Virus record (IMG/VR): IMGVR_UViG_3300048599_000105 | Span: 1-32,863 of that record | Origin: a virus | Lineage: Duplodnaviria > Caudoviricetes | Reading direction: 5' to 3' (one strand) | DNA length: 32,863 nucleotides | In this document: positions 18,670-27,438 of the stretch, piece by piece | How the letters are laid out: each line of letters starts with the position of its first letter | How positions within the stretch are numbered: position 1 is the stretch's first letter | Program-made: the position numbers and the translations under genes | The notes under the pieces: model-generated | Databases searched by the model: none | Told to the model about the DNA's origin: nothing | Seen by the model: only the letters and a program-made list of their open reading frames with translations

Positions 18670-19005
18670 TTTATTTGCGTCTGCTTCTGTCTGTTCAAAA
18701 TGATCGAACGGCGCCCGGTTCCTAATGCAGTGCATACAGTGAGCAGTATGATCTTTCAGAATGTCTGTGTTTTCATGTCTGCAACCCACGCATGACATGT
18801 TCTGTAGTTCCCCTGTGGCCTCCCGTGCCAAAAGCTCAAGAATGTGTATTGCTTCGCTGCCGGTCGCCTCGACGACATACTCCTCTTTTTCCCGCTGCTC
18901 CTGGGCGTCCTCATAGTCCGCGAACCGTTCAGCAGGTGAAATTCCGCCTTTTGACGGGCCGATCCATGCTTTTCCTGTTTCGTCTCTGTGTGTGAATCTC
19001 TCCAC
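18655..19005 (-). CDS. Hypothetical phage protein with C-terminal CxxC/CxxC (116 aa)
   Basis: GTG start coupled to the upstream TAG, GGAGGAG RBS; 'RFADYED' motif; SCVGC and HCMHC. Confidence 0.7.
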   Translation of the reverse strand: MERFTHRDETGKAWIGPSKGGISPAERFADYEDAQEQREKEEYVVEATGSEAIHILELLAREATGELQNMSCVGCRHENTDILKDHTAHCMHCIRNRAPFDHFEQTEADANKAADA

Positions 19006-19286
19006 TATGTAAGCTCCTCCTCGTCTATATAGATCCTCTCCCTTGCGAGCGAGTCCTCTCGCGTCAAGCCCCTCGCGAGGTCTCGGATATAGAACGCCCG
19101 GCCCCCGTCGGCCTTGTATTCCCGAAATTTCGTCATATCGCAAGCCCCAGGCCCGTGATACCCCAAAGGCTTGCAGTCTCTTTTTCCGCATGTCTGATGC
19201 TTTTCCGGGTCGCAGTCGTAGAAAATAACCTTTTCGCCCGTGTCGGCATTGGCGAGATACCCCTCGTAGTTGATGTTGACTTTCAC
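19005..19286 (-). CDS. Hypothetical Cys-containing protein (~93 aa)
   Basis: GTG start with AAGGAGG RBS and GTGA overlap; 'YDCDPEKHQTCGKRDC'. Confidence 0.6.
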   Translation of the reverse strand: MKVNINYEGYLANADTGEKVIFYDCDPEKHQTCGKRDCKPLGYHGPGACDMTKFREYKADGGRAFYIRDLARGLTREDSLARERIYIDEEELT

Positions 19287-19654
19287 GCCCCGTCCTCCTT
19301 TATATAGTGTTTCAGCCATACTGCCCCGTAACGGTTCTCCAACGCGAATGCTTCCGTGCGCCGGGCGGAGTGGATGACGACGTCGCCACGGTATCCCGTC
19401 ATGCCGTTTTTGAATTGATCCGATCGCCTGATGCTGAGTTCGTGGACGACTCCCGGCGCCGACCTGAAATGAATGGTTTGTGCGCCCGGATCGAAGAACA
19501 TCGCCGAGGATATCGTCTCGTTTGTCTTTGCGAATTCCCGGAAATCCTGCATCATCATAGGCGCGAAAGATTCCGTCATGAGGCGGATATCCCGCTCCCG
19601 GAGCTTTTTCAGCAACCCCGCCATTTCCTGCGGCGTGATCTCATGCGATGACAC
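19283..19654 (-). CDS. Hypothetical protein (123 aa)
   Basis: GGAGGG RBS; tightly packed in the operon. Confidence 0.6.
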   Translation of the reverse strand: MSSHEITPQEMAGLLKKLRERDIRLMTESFAPMMMQDFREFAKTNETISSAMFFDPGAQTIHFRSAPGVVHELSIRRSDQFKNGMTGYRGDVVIHSARRTEAFALENRYGAVWLKHYIKEDGA

Positions 19655-19667
19655 TTATAAATCCCTC

Positions 19668-20567
19668 CTATCCTTTTTTGGGGTCGTAGTCCTCGAACCG
19701 TTCCACTGAATTGAAAATCAGTCTATTGTTTACCCAGCGTTGTAAAAGCCTTGTCTCCCTGGGCGCTGTCTCTTTTTCATAGATCATGATGTACGGTTTA
19801 AAGCCGAGATCGCGGAGCTTATAAACCCGCTCAAGGTTATGTTCATGGGCGCTGTTGTAATTCGTCAGGACGTAGGCCCCAGGCGGACGGTGCTTGTTCG
19901 GTTTCGCCGTCTTTATGTAGTGCTCGAAAAACGGCGTCAAGTCCTCCTCTGGGTAATCCCACGCGAAATGTATCCGGGCGATCCGTATTTTGTCCAGGAG
20001 CCCGATGACGTCCCCGACGAGGCGTATGTCGAGCCCCTGTGTGAAATCGACGTAGGCCCCGGAAGCGGCGAGCTGCTTGAGCAATTCCTCCCGCTCCCGA
20101 CAGGCGAGGAGGTTCGGGTCGAGGAGCTTTATTTCGTTTTGACCCCGCCAAAACTCCGATAAATCCGCGACCCGGCGGGAGACGGCGCCCTCTTTGATCT
20201 TGACGATGCACGGGCCGCACCCTCTCGGGCAGCCCCTTGTTAAAAACCCGAAAGCGCGATCGGTGTTTACCGTCTGTTCCCGATAAAGCTCATAATCTGG
20301 ATAAATGTGTTCTACCTCCGGCGTCAGTTCCGCCCCGCCGTCCGGGTAAAAATAGCCTGTCCCGCCGAAAACAACCTCGTCGGCATTGATGACGCTCTCG
20401 ATATCCGGCGAAAACGTGAAAACCTTGCTCGCGTAAACCCTGTCATAATGCGTGAGTGGAAACCATGGCTCGACGAGGTCGCCGTTTTTCTTGTGCCATG
20501 CCGATAGCTTCATAAGAGGCAGCGACGGAAAATTATGACCGTCCACGTCCGCGAGTCCGATTTTCAT
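19668..20567 (-). CDS. Radical SAM protein, phage-type (299 aa)
   Basis: CxxxCxxC motif 'TRGCPRGCGPC'; N-terminal 'MKIGLADVDGHNFPSLPLMKLSAWHK'; ATGA overlap. Confidence 0.88.
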   Translation of the reverse strand: MKIGLADVDGHNFPSLPLMKLSAWHKKNGDLVEPWFPLTHYDRVYASKVFTFSPDIESVINADEVVFGGTGYFYPDGGAELTPEVEHIYPDYELYREQTVNTDRAFGFLTRGCPRGCGPCIVKIKEGAVSRRVADLSEFWRGQNEIKLLDPNLLACREREELLKQLAASGAYVDFTQGLDIRLVGDVIGLLDKIRIARIHFAWDYPEEDLTPFFEHYIKTAKPNKHRPPGAYVLTNYNSAHEHNLERVYKLRDLGFKPYIMIYEKETAPRETRLLQRWVNNRLIFNSVERFEDYDPKKG

Positions 20568-20797
20568 TTGCTTTCCGCCTTGAGGCCCAGCAGCCAATCG
20601 GCGCTTACATGGAGCGTCGAGCACAATCTCGCGAGGATGCTCGCCGTCGGCGCGAAGTTTCCGACTGTGTACTCGATAAGCGTCCACCTTGTGATTCCGA
20701 CCGCTGCGCTGATTGTGTTAATAGATAACCCGCTCCGCTCTATTGCAGTGCAAAGCCTGTCCGGAAAGCCGCGAACAATTGATTTATGCCTTGACAT
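20564..20797 (-). CDS. XRE-family HTH regulator (77 aa)
   Basis: 'SGLSINTISAAVGIT...LARLCSTLHVSADWLLG'; GGAGG RBS. Confidence 0.85.
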   Translation of the reverse strand: MSRHKSIVRGFPDRLCTAIERSGLSINTISAAVGITRWTLIEYTVGNFAPTASILARLCSTLHVSADWLLGLKAESK

Positions 20798-21797
20798 GGA
20801 ACTCCTCCATTTCTGTTTGCCCAGCGATCGGCGCTTTTTTCTCCCGCTCCCGTGCTTCCCGCGCCTCAACCTTTTTGCGCTCTTTGAATTCTCGGTATTT
20901 GCGGGTATACTCATAGGCCTTTCCGAAAATCGCATTCGCCGCTCGAAATAGCTTTGGTTCGTATTGCTCGATAGTTTCGAGCGTGTCCTCAAAATCGCTC
21001 CCGAACGGGCATGCAGCGCATCCGGTTCTCCTCATGCCGTAAACACGGTAACAATCTGAGTGCGTAATCGTATGGTCGAGTTCGTATGTTTTTTTATCTT
21101 CCTCTGTAAAGAAAAAAACCGGGAAATATTTTGCGGTTTCTTTGGCCGTTTCCGGAGAAAAACATGACTTGATCGCCCTTGCCCTTACGCCGCCCTCGTC
21201 TCTCCGCAACCCCATTATTTGGAGAACTGCTCTGTACTTCTTGACTGCCAGTTTTGCGACTCTCTTTTTAGCACCCTTACAGCAGTAATCTGATATTGGC
21301 ATGTTGGGAGGATTTTCGATCATATATTCCTTGAGATATGCGTGATTAGATATATTGCCTTTTTTTGCTTTGTTTTTGCTGCACCACCACCTCACGCCCC
21401 AATTGCACCTAGGGTATTCAACTAATAACTCATCAAACGGTTTATCCTCCCATTTGAATCCGTTGATCTGTAGATGATGAATGCGTTGAGAAACCTCTTT
21501 AGATAAAAACGGGACTCCTCTCGTTTTACAGCTAATTGGTATTGGCACGACAGCGTTCATCCGTTCAATCGTTATCCTGTATCGTTCCTCCAGGTATGTA
21601 AGGTGCCGCTTCGTCGCGTCGTATTCGAGCCCTGTATCGAAAAATACATACTTCACGTCGGCGTCGCCTTTGAAGCGCTCGACGATATCCATCACGATAT
21701 CGCTGTCCGAACCTCCCGATATGGAGACGAGAATCGTCCCGTGAACGTCGAGGCGCATCGCCGCCCTGAGCTCCGCGTTATATATCGCCTCTGACAT
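20784..21797 (-). CDS. PAPS-reductase-family (PP-loop) protein (337 aa)
   Basis: 'SISGGSDS' PP-loop, 'FFDTGLEY', 'YCCKGAKK', 'GLRRDEGG.R', 'RTGCAACPF'. Confidence 0.88.
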   Translation of the reverse strand: MSEAIYNAELRAAMRLDVHGTILVSISGGSDSDIVMDIVERFKGDADVKYVFFDTGLEYDATKRHLTYLEERYRITIERMNAVVPIPISCKTRGVPFLSKEVSQRIHHLQINGFKWEDKPFDELLVEYPRCNWGVRWWCSKNKAKKGNISNHAYLKEYMIENPPNMPISDYCCKGAKKRVAKLAVKKYRAVLQIMGLRRDEGGVRARAIKSCFSPETAKETAKYFPVFFFTEEDKKTYELDHTITHSDCYRVYGMRRTGCAACPFGSDFEDTLETIEQYEPKLFRAANAIFGKAYEYTRKYREFKERKKVEAREAREREKKAPIAGQTEMEEFHVKA

Positions 21798-21814
21798 ACC
21801 GCACCCCTCCCCGC

Positions 21815-22120
21815 TCAGATGACGACAGGCAGATTTTTGTCGTCGATGTAATAGTCCGCCCAAACCTTGCGGCAGTTGTTGTTATACCTGGCGATGTTGT
21901 CCGGGAGATTGTCGTTGACGGCGTCGAATACGAGACCGAGACCGGCGCACCATTCGACGGCGGCGGTCAGTTCCGCCCCGCTCCTGCATGTCCAGAGGAT
22001 GAGCCTGTCCCCCCGATCCTGAAGATGCTTTATAAAATCAATAAGCGGCTGCCGAGGAGCGCCGATCTCCGGGTATTTGTTGACACAGCACGTCCCATCG
22101 AAGTCAACGGCGAAAACCAT
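21815..22120 (-). CDS. Small HAD-superfamily hydrolase (101 aa)
   Basis: 'AVDFDGT', 'LWTCR', 'RKVWADYYIDDK'. Confidence 0.88.
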   Translation of the reverse strand: MVFAVDFDGTCCVNKYPEIGAPRQPLIDFIKHLQDRGDRLILWTCRSGAELTAAVEWCAGLGLVFDAVNDNLPDNIARYNNNCRKVWADYYIDDKNLPVVI

Positions 22121-22500
22121 TAATCGACCTCTTGAGCCGCGAGACAATCAACCCACTCCATGAACGCGGCGACGATCGGCGCCGTGTTTCTGTCGTCGGC
22201 CCACCCGCAAAATCCTATAAATCCGCCCGTGTTAAAGCTTATTGCCTCGCGCTGCGTGAAATAGTTGCTGTTGATGTAGAGGTAGCAAGATATCAGAGTC
22301 CCGTTACGTTTATATTTGCTGACGATCTTCTGACTCATGCGCATTGAATCCGTTGACATTTCATGCCGTTTGTTCGCGGCCTTGACGTGCTTATTGAGGA
22401 GCATCGCGAGGACGATGATGTCCCCCTCCGTGATATTTTCATATGTAAGCCCTTTAGCTTTGAAGTGCTCCCGAGCTTTGTTGTTTGCGTCGCAAGCCAT
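22120..22500 (-). CDS. Hypothetical phage protein (126 aa)
   Basis: AGGAGG RBS; 'YFTQREAISFN.GGFIGFCGWAD' motif. Confidence 0.7.
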   Translation of the reverse strand: MACDANNKAREHFKAKGLTYENITEGDIIVLAMLLNKHVKAANKRHEMSTDSMRMSQKIVSKYKRNGTLISCYLYINSNYFTQREAISFNTGGFIGFCGWADDRNTAPIVAAFMEWVDCLAAQEVD

Positions 22501-22515
22501 TCCGGTAACCTCCTG

Positions 22516-24651
22516 TCATTCCCCGGCTTCGAGTTGGCAACTGTGGGCTTCGCTGCGCTCGACCTTGATTTTGCCTTTTGCGGTGAGCCCGATCTTTGCC
22601 TTGCACGTCCCCCAAATGGCGAGCGTGATGCTTGATATCTGGTGACGGGCGACCTTTTCGACGGCGTCGTTTAAAAGCTCTACGGGCTCCGACGCGTCGA
22701 TCGGCTTAAAATTGAGGCTCCCCGCGCCCGGCCCGAAAAGCTGCTGAATCCTGTCGCGGCCCTCGCTGATGTTTTTAACGATCCTCCGGTGATGCATAGC
22801 CGACGGGCATTTGCATATTCCCTCGGCGTCCGCGTCGGCGTCCATCTGCGTATACATCCCTTTGCCGACGGCGAGGAGCTGCCCGCAATGGTGGCACGTC
22901 CCGTAAGCGATCTCCCGCGCCTGGAGTTCCTGCGCCCGGAGCTCCGAGGCTTCTCCGTAATAGGCCGGCGGCAGTTCCAGGAATGTAAACAAGCTCATGG
23001 GGCCTCTGCACTCACAGGCGCGGCCCGCTGCCTCGTTCGCCGCTTCCCGCGACGGATATCCGAGCGCCGAGCCCGGCATAGTGACGGCCCGCTCGTCTCC
23101 GCAGAAACCGCACTTCCCGACCGTGTGTCCTTTGGGCTTCTCGGCGACCGTCGGCGGCTCCGTCGGCGTCTCGTCCGAGGCCGGCAGCGCGGCGGCTTCC
23201 CGCGTCTCGACGCCCGGCGCGTCCGCGACAGTCTCCGGCGCTGCGGGCCGTTCCTCCGTCTCCGGCGGCGCGATGTTGCCGAAGTCGAAACCGGCATACT
23301 TGCCGGCGGCTTTCATAACAGCGATCTCCTCGGCGGCGAGCACCTGAAATTCGGCTTTGACCTCTTTGTCCTTTGCTTCGGTGAGAATTTTACCGGCGAT
23401 GAAGCTTTCAAGCTCCTGACGCCGACGGCGGATATCCGTAAGGCGCGTTTCGTGATCGTCGGCTGGTGGCGGCATGTTTCCGGTCATGTCCGGGCCGGAC
23501 GCCATGTCGACACCGAAATATGTATTCCCGCCAAAGCCCTCCGCCGGCATCTCGCCGCCCTCTCCGCCGCCGACATGGATGTAATACCCCTCCGCGTTGC
23601 GTATAACATGCCCGGATGCTTCAAGCGCGGACAGTTCCGTCACCGCCATGAGCTCGACGGCCTTTTTGATCGCCGTTTCCTCGTATTCAAGTACGTCGTA
23701 TTCCTCCCTGTAGGCGTCAATGTCTCCGTCTTTCTCGTTTGCCAGGGCGAAAGCAAGCTCATTTTTACGGACGCGGATCTCCTCCAGTCGCTGATGTCCG
23801 GCGGCGGCGTATAGTCCTGTCGGCTCATCCATGCCTGTCCCTCTGACGACAGCGTCCGCGAACATGGCGGCATAAGCCTCTTTTTGCTTCTTCAGTGTTT
23901 GATAACTCTCGTTAATCGCGGCTATTTCGTCCTTTGATGCTTTGGCAATTTCGGCTATCAGCCGCATTGAATCCGTTGAATCCGCCGAGCCGTCCGACAG
24001 CTTTTCGATGATTTCGGAATTCAGGCCGAGATCAATCGCTTTTTTCATGTTCTCGGCGAATTGATCCCCCGGCGGTATGAATTTATGTGTTTCCGTTGCG
24101 TTTTCGTCGAAGTAGACTATCCCCGCTCTGAGCCCGTCGTTGATGTCTCTCGCTTTCTGCATCATGTCTGCCGCGCCGCTGGCCTGCAAGCCCGCCTCGA
24201 TACTATCGGCGTCGGACTTGCTGATTTTTTTGACGGTGATCTCCCAGCGTCCGCCCTCCTCCGTGCCGACGACGGCGAGGATCTTCTCGACGCGCCCGTA
24301 ATACCTGACGGCGTCTGCCGGCATGGACACCGGAGACGACCATGCGAAATGATTCTGTGTGTCCGGGCCGCTGACGGCGTCCGCCGCGAAGTGATAGACG
24401 TTGCTCTTGTCCCCGATCCGCTTCCATGGCTCCCGAATAAAAACGACCTGTCCCGGAAGAAACGGCTTTGTAATCGGTATCCCGCACGGTTCTCCGTCAA
24501 CAGTAAACGGCTGAAGCATTTCGCCGTCCAATGTATCTTTTAAATAATTCGTCTCTTTCGGAGGCTGCGGCTTCATCGCCTTTACGACGGTGATGACCTT
24601 TTTTCTGTCGAGATCCCGCGTCTCCGGCGCGGTCAAAATAATCGATTTCAC
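22516..24651 (-). CDS. Large mosaic early protein (~711 aa): ASCH/PUA-like N-domain, tape-measure-like segment, coiled-coil repeats, Pro/Glu linker, two CxxC..CxC modules
   Basis: GTG start at 24651 after AAGGGGA RBS; 'PGQVVFIREPW...WSSPVSMP..A.R' N-domain; internal segments are detailed in findings. Confidence 0.8.
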   Translation of the reverse strand: MKSIILTAPETRDLDRKKVITVVKAMKPQPPKETNYLKDTLDGEMLQPFTVDGEPCGIPITKPFLPGQVVFIREPWKRIGDKSNVYHFAADAVSGPDTQNHFAWSSPVSMPADAVRYYGRVEKILAVVGTEEGGRWEITVKKISKSDADSIEAGLQASGAADMMQKARDINDGLRAGIVYFDENATETHKFIPPGDQFAENMKKAIDLGLNSEIIEKLSDGSADSTDSMRLIAEIAKASKDEIAAINESYQTLKKQKEAYAAMFADAVVRGTGMDEPTGLYAAAGHQRLEEIRVRKNELAFALANEKDGDIDAYREEYDVLEYEETAIKKAVELMAVTELSALEASGHVIRNAEGYYIHVGGGEGGEMPAEGFGGNTYFGVDMASGPDMTGNMPPPADDHETRLTDIRRRRQELESFIAGKILTEAKDKEVKAEFQVLAAEEIAVMKAAGKYAGFDFGNIAPPETEERPAAPETVADAPGVETREAAALPASDETPTEPPTVAEKPKGHTVGKCGFCGDERAVTMPGSALGYPSREAANEAAGRACECRGPMSLFTFLELPPAYYGEASELRAQELQAREIAYGTCHHCGQLLAVGKGMYTQMDADADAEGICKCPSAMHHRRIVKNISEGRDRIQQLFGPGAGSLNFKPIDASEPVELLNDAVEKVARHQISSITLAIWGTCKAKIGLTAKGKIKVERSEAHSCQLEAGE

Positions 24652-24652
24652 A

Positions 24653-24707
24653 GTATGGCAATCCCCTTTTTTTATAAAATTCCCCGAGGTCGTCATCCCC
24701 TGGGGTT
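24653..24707. repeat. Intergenic direct repeat, copy 1 (hairpin + RBS)
   Basis: gtatggcaatcccc(t)n..aattccccgaggtcgtcatcccctggggtt, near-identical to 25155-25206. Confidence 0.9.
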
Positions 24708-25152
24708 AGATTCCGTATTCAAAAAAGCCCTGGCTGCCTTTTGTTTCGATCGGCTTTTTAAGCACCTCAACGAGTTCAAGCTTCCAGGCAAAACGGCCCG
24801 GCGTGTAGTCGCCGAAATACCGCTCTTTATAATAGTCCCCGTTCTTGAGCCCTTGCGTGGCGATGCAGTCCAGAACATTGACGATGCATAGGATCGCACC
24901 TTTCGGCAGCATTTCCCATGTGACCCCGTACCACTCTTTCGTTTCGTAATCGACCGGCTTCCCCATAAGAGGAGCAAGTCCCCCTTGAAACTGCCAATTG
25001 TGCATAAGTGCTCGAATGTCGGTCGTGTCCCTCCGTGCCGCATGGATCGCGAGCGGCCCCCGGTATGTCGTCGGCCAGCCGCGCGTCTCAAAAGTCTTTG
25101 CACCTGTCGCGATTAAACTCGCCCATGGCTGCCAAAGTGATATAGCTTTCAT
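24706..25152 (-). CDS. ASCH-domain protein (148 aa)
   Basis: 'AISLWQPWASLIATGAKTFETRGW.T.YRGPLAIHA' and C-terminal 'KGSQGF' ASCH signatures. Confidence 0.9.
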   Translation of the reverse strand: MKAISLWQPWASLIATGAKTFETRGWPTTYRGPLAIHAARRDTTDIRALMHNWQFQGGLAPLMGKPVDYETKEWYGVTWEMLPKGAILCIVNVLDCIATQGLKNGDYYKERYFGDYTPGRFAWKLELVEVLKKPIETKGSQGFFEYGI

Positions 25153-25154
25153 TG

Positions 25155-25206
25155 GTATGGCAATCCCCTTTTTATGAATTCCCCGAGGTCGTCATCCCCT
25201 GGGGTT
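25155..25206. repeat. Intergenic direct repeat, copy 2 (hairpin + RBS)
   Basis: Same sequence as 24653-24707, differing only in the central A/T linker. Confidence 0.9.
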
Positions 25207-25883
25207 TATTTTTCTCTGTTATCTCCCGCCCATTGTTCAGCCATAGCGCGGGCGATGCCCGGAAATGTCGAGCTTCTTACTTTTGCCCTATCCTTTCCTC
25301 TGCATGCAGTTTCAAAATACGCTTTATGTCCCTTTGGCGTTATGTACCTTGGTTCTTCAGCAGGAACAATATTTGTAGGTCGTAATGGCGGCAAATTTTT
25401 AAGCCATAGGCATGTATTTTTTCTTTGCGAGTGTCCGAATTGGTAAGGTGTGATAATCTGATCCGGTTTCCTGTAATGAGTGTTTGCATATCCTACTGGA
25501 TTTTCTATAGCAATTTTTTCAGTATCAGCCTCTACAAAAGCCATAAAAAAATTGAATGCCTTATCTCGTTCTCTTTCTCTCTCGGCTACTTTGTGCGGCG
25601 GATTCATTCGTAAGCTATAACTGCGGTTTCCGGCTACTGTCAGATATGTGCACGGCGGGAAAGCGATAAACATTTCCCATTTTTCATCCATAATGTGATT
25701 TAGTCCGTCGTCTGTTTCAAATGTGCAGTTTCCACCAAGTAAAGGAATAACGTCTTGTTGTATGTGCCATTCTGGATGCCATCCACTACATGGCTCAATG
25801 TCGCAGGAATAATCCTCATGTCCTAGTTTCCTCAATTCAATTGTCACCGCCTGGCTTTCCTCACACGCAACTAAGATTTTCAT
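25206..25883 (-). CDS. Compact C5-cytosine DNA methyltransferase-like protein (225 aa)
   Basis: Variant motif I 'LVACEES', catalytic 'FPPCT', 'IENPVG', 'KNTCLW'; ATGA overlap at start 25883. Confidence 0.8.
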   Translation of the reverse strand: MKILVACEESQAVTIELRKLGHEDYSCDIEPCSGWHPEWHIQQDVIPLLGGNCTFETDDGLNHIMDEKWEMFIAFPPCTYLTVAGNRSYSLRMNPPHKVAERERERDKAFNFFMAFVEADTEKIAIENPVGYANTHYRKPDQIITPYQFGHSQRKNTCLWLKNLPPLRPTNIVPAEEPRYITPKGHKAYFETACRGKDRAKVRSSTFPGIARAMAEQWAGDNREK

Positions 25884-26116
25884 GTCCCGTTTTCTCCCAC
25901 AATCACCGGGCGCCCGTAGCGGCAATAGAACAGAAAGGCGTCTTTCGGGATCTTCACGCGGCTGCCCATGACGACGACGGAGAAGCCTAGTTTTTCCGGT
26001 TCGTTCTGAGCTTGCCATCGGATGAGACCGTCGTCGCACCCCAGGTACTCGGCGACGTCCGTCGCGAGGAGCATTGATTTATCGATCGCCTCGATCTCCG
26101 CGAGCGTTTTCGCCAT
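25880..26116 (-). CDS. Excisionase-like winged-HTH protein (78 aa)
   Basis: 'LLATDVAEYLG...GSRVKIPKDAF' pattern. Confidence 0.7.
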   Translation of the reverse strand: MAKTLAEIEAIDKSMLLATDVAEYLGCDDGLIRWQAQNEPEKLGFSVVVMGSRVKIPKDAFLFYCRYGRPVIVGENGT

Positions 26117-26131
26117 GTCCGGCCCCTCCTC

Positions 26132-26830
26132 TCAGTCGTTCGTGTTGAATAAGGATATTTGTGCCGTGTGAGCCTCGAACCGATTTTCCTGATCTCTGAA
26201 ATAACCCTCATCGATTTCATATCCGGTGAAATCAAAGCCGAGGTTATAAGCCGCTATGCGTGAGCTGCCTGAGCCCAAATGAGTATCAAGGATTCGATTG
26301 CCGGGTTTGGCGTAGTGCGTGAGCAGCCATTCATATAGCGGTACCGGCTTTTGCGTGGGGTGGATGCGGATCTCGTTCAGCGATTTATTTCCCTGAGCTT
26401 TTTCTCCGTCTGTCATATTTCGCCCCTGGAGCATCCCGCACCATAAAAAGCGAAACATTCTTACTGCGGTACCGAAACTTGTCCAAGCAAGCTCGCAATC
26501 AGCCCAATTTGTTACCCCGTTGCATTTATCCCATACAATCCAACACGGGCTATCTCGTCTTATTTCAGCTGAAAAGAAATTCCCGCCCCATACGATTTGA
26601 TTTTTAGACACCCTAAAAAGTTCTTTAAAATATTCCTGGTCAGGTTTCTTCTGGTACCATACTGCCGGGTTATATGGAGGATGCTTTGCTACGCCTCCCG
26701 CAGATTTGCCCGTAAAATATCCACCGGGAGTAACGTCTCCATAAGGCGGGTCGACAACGGCGAGGTCGAACGCCTTATCCGGCAGCTGCCGCATGGCCTC
26801 CATGCAGTCCATGTTATAAGCGACGTTCAC
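26132..26830 (-). CDS. Beta-class N6-adenine/N4-cytosine DNA methyltransferase (232 aa)
   Basis: 'VVDPPYG', 'IHPTQKP', 'ILDTHLGSGSS'. Confidence 0.92.
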   Translation of the reverse strand: MNVAYNMDCMEAMRQLPDKAFDLAVVDPPYGDVTPGGYFTGKSAGGVAKHPPYNPAVWYQKKPDQEYFKELFRVSKNQIVWGGNFFSAEIRRDSPCWIVWDKCNGVTNWADCELAWTSFGTAVRMFRFLWCGMLQGRNMTDGEKAQGNKSLNEIRIHPTQKPVPLYEWLLTHYAKPGNRILDTHLGSGSSRIAAYNLGFDFTGYEIDEGYFRDQENRFEAHTAQISLFNTND

Positions 26831-26844
26831 CCCGGCCCCTCCTC

Positions 26845-27438
26845 TCAGTCGATGATGAGATAGACGTCATAGTGCTCCGTGATCGCGTAACAGGCCGCGT
26901 GATCCTGACAAAAGACGTCGACGCACCCCGGCCCGACGCCGGTATCCTGAACCGTGTACACCCCGAGGCCCTTGATATAGATCCGCGTCCCGAACGGGTA
27001 CCGCGTCCCGTTGATGTAAAAGCCTTTTCCGTCGCCGCACATGGCGACCGTTTTACCGACCGTCGCGACGGCCCCGCTCCGCGTGATCCCGTCTGTCTTG
27101 CCGCAACAGGCGATGCAAGCGTCGTATCCGGTGATGTAGTAGCGGCCCAGGAGCGACACCGTCGGCATGTTGGACAAATAGCAGTAATCCACCGTGTTGA
27201 TGCGCGGAGCGCTGGAGGACACCGCGCCGTATTCGTCGCTGCGGAGTATGTAAGCCGCCGGGATTTCCGCCGGCGGTGTCCTCGTCGTGTCCGGCGCGTA
27301 GATCGACGCCGACCTGAGAGGCACGAAACAGATGACCATCGCGGAGACAATGCCGATGATAAGGGTGTAGACGATCAACTCAATCCTGTCGAATATTACC
27401 GTCTTATTGCTCTCGCTGAACCGTTTGTTATTTTTCAT
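26845..27438 (-). CDS. Membrane-anchored 3D-domain protein (197 aa)
   Basis: N-terminal TM helix; 'ITGYDAC..CCGKTDGITRSG', 'PFGTRIYIKGLG', 'QDTG', 'VDVF'. Confidence 0.82.
   Translation of the reverse strand: MKNNKRFSESNKTVIFDRIELIVYTLIIGIVSAMVICFVPLRSASIYAPDTTRTPPAEIPAAYILRSDEYGAVSSSAPRINTVDYCYLSNMPTVSLLGRYYITGYDACIACCGKTDGITRSGAVATVGKTVAMCGDGKGFYINGTRYPFGTRIYIKGLGVYTVQDTGVGPGCVDVFCQDHAACYAITEHYDVYLIID

Noticed and set aside
24652-24696. ATG 24696 as the start of the large protein
   Set aside because: The ATG lies in the loop of the repeated hairpin without a spaced RBS, and in the second repeat copy the same ATG stops after 7 codons. GTG 24651 matches the start position in the other copy.
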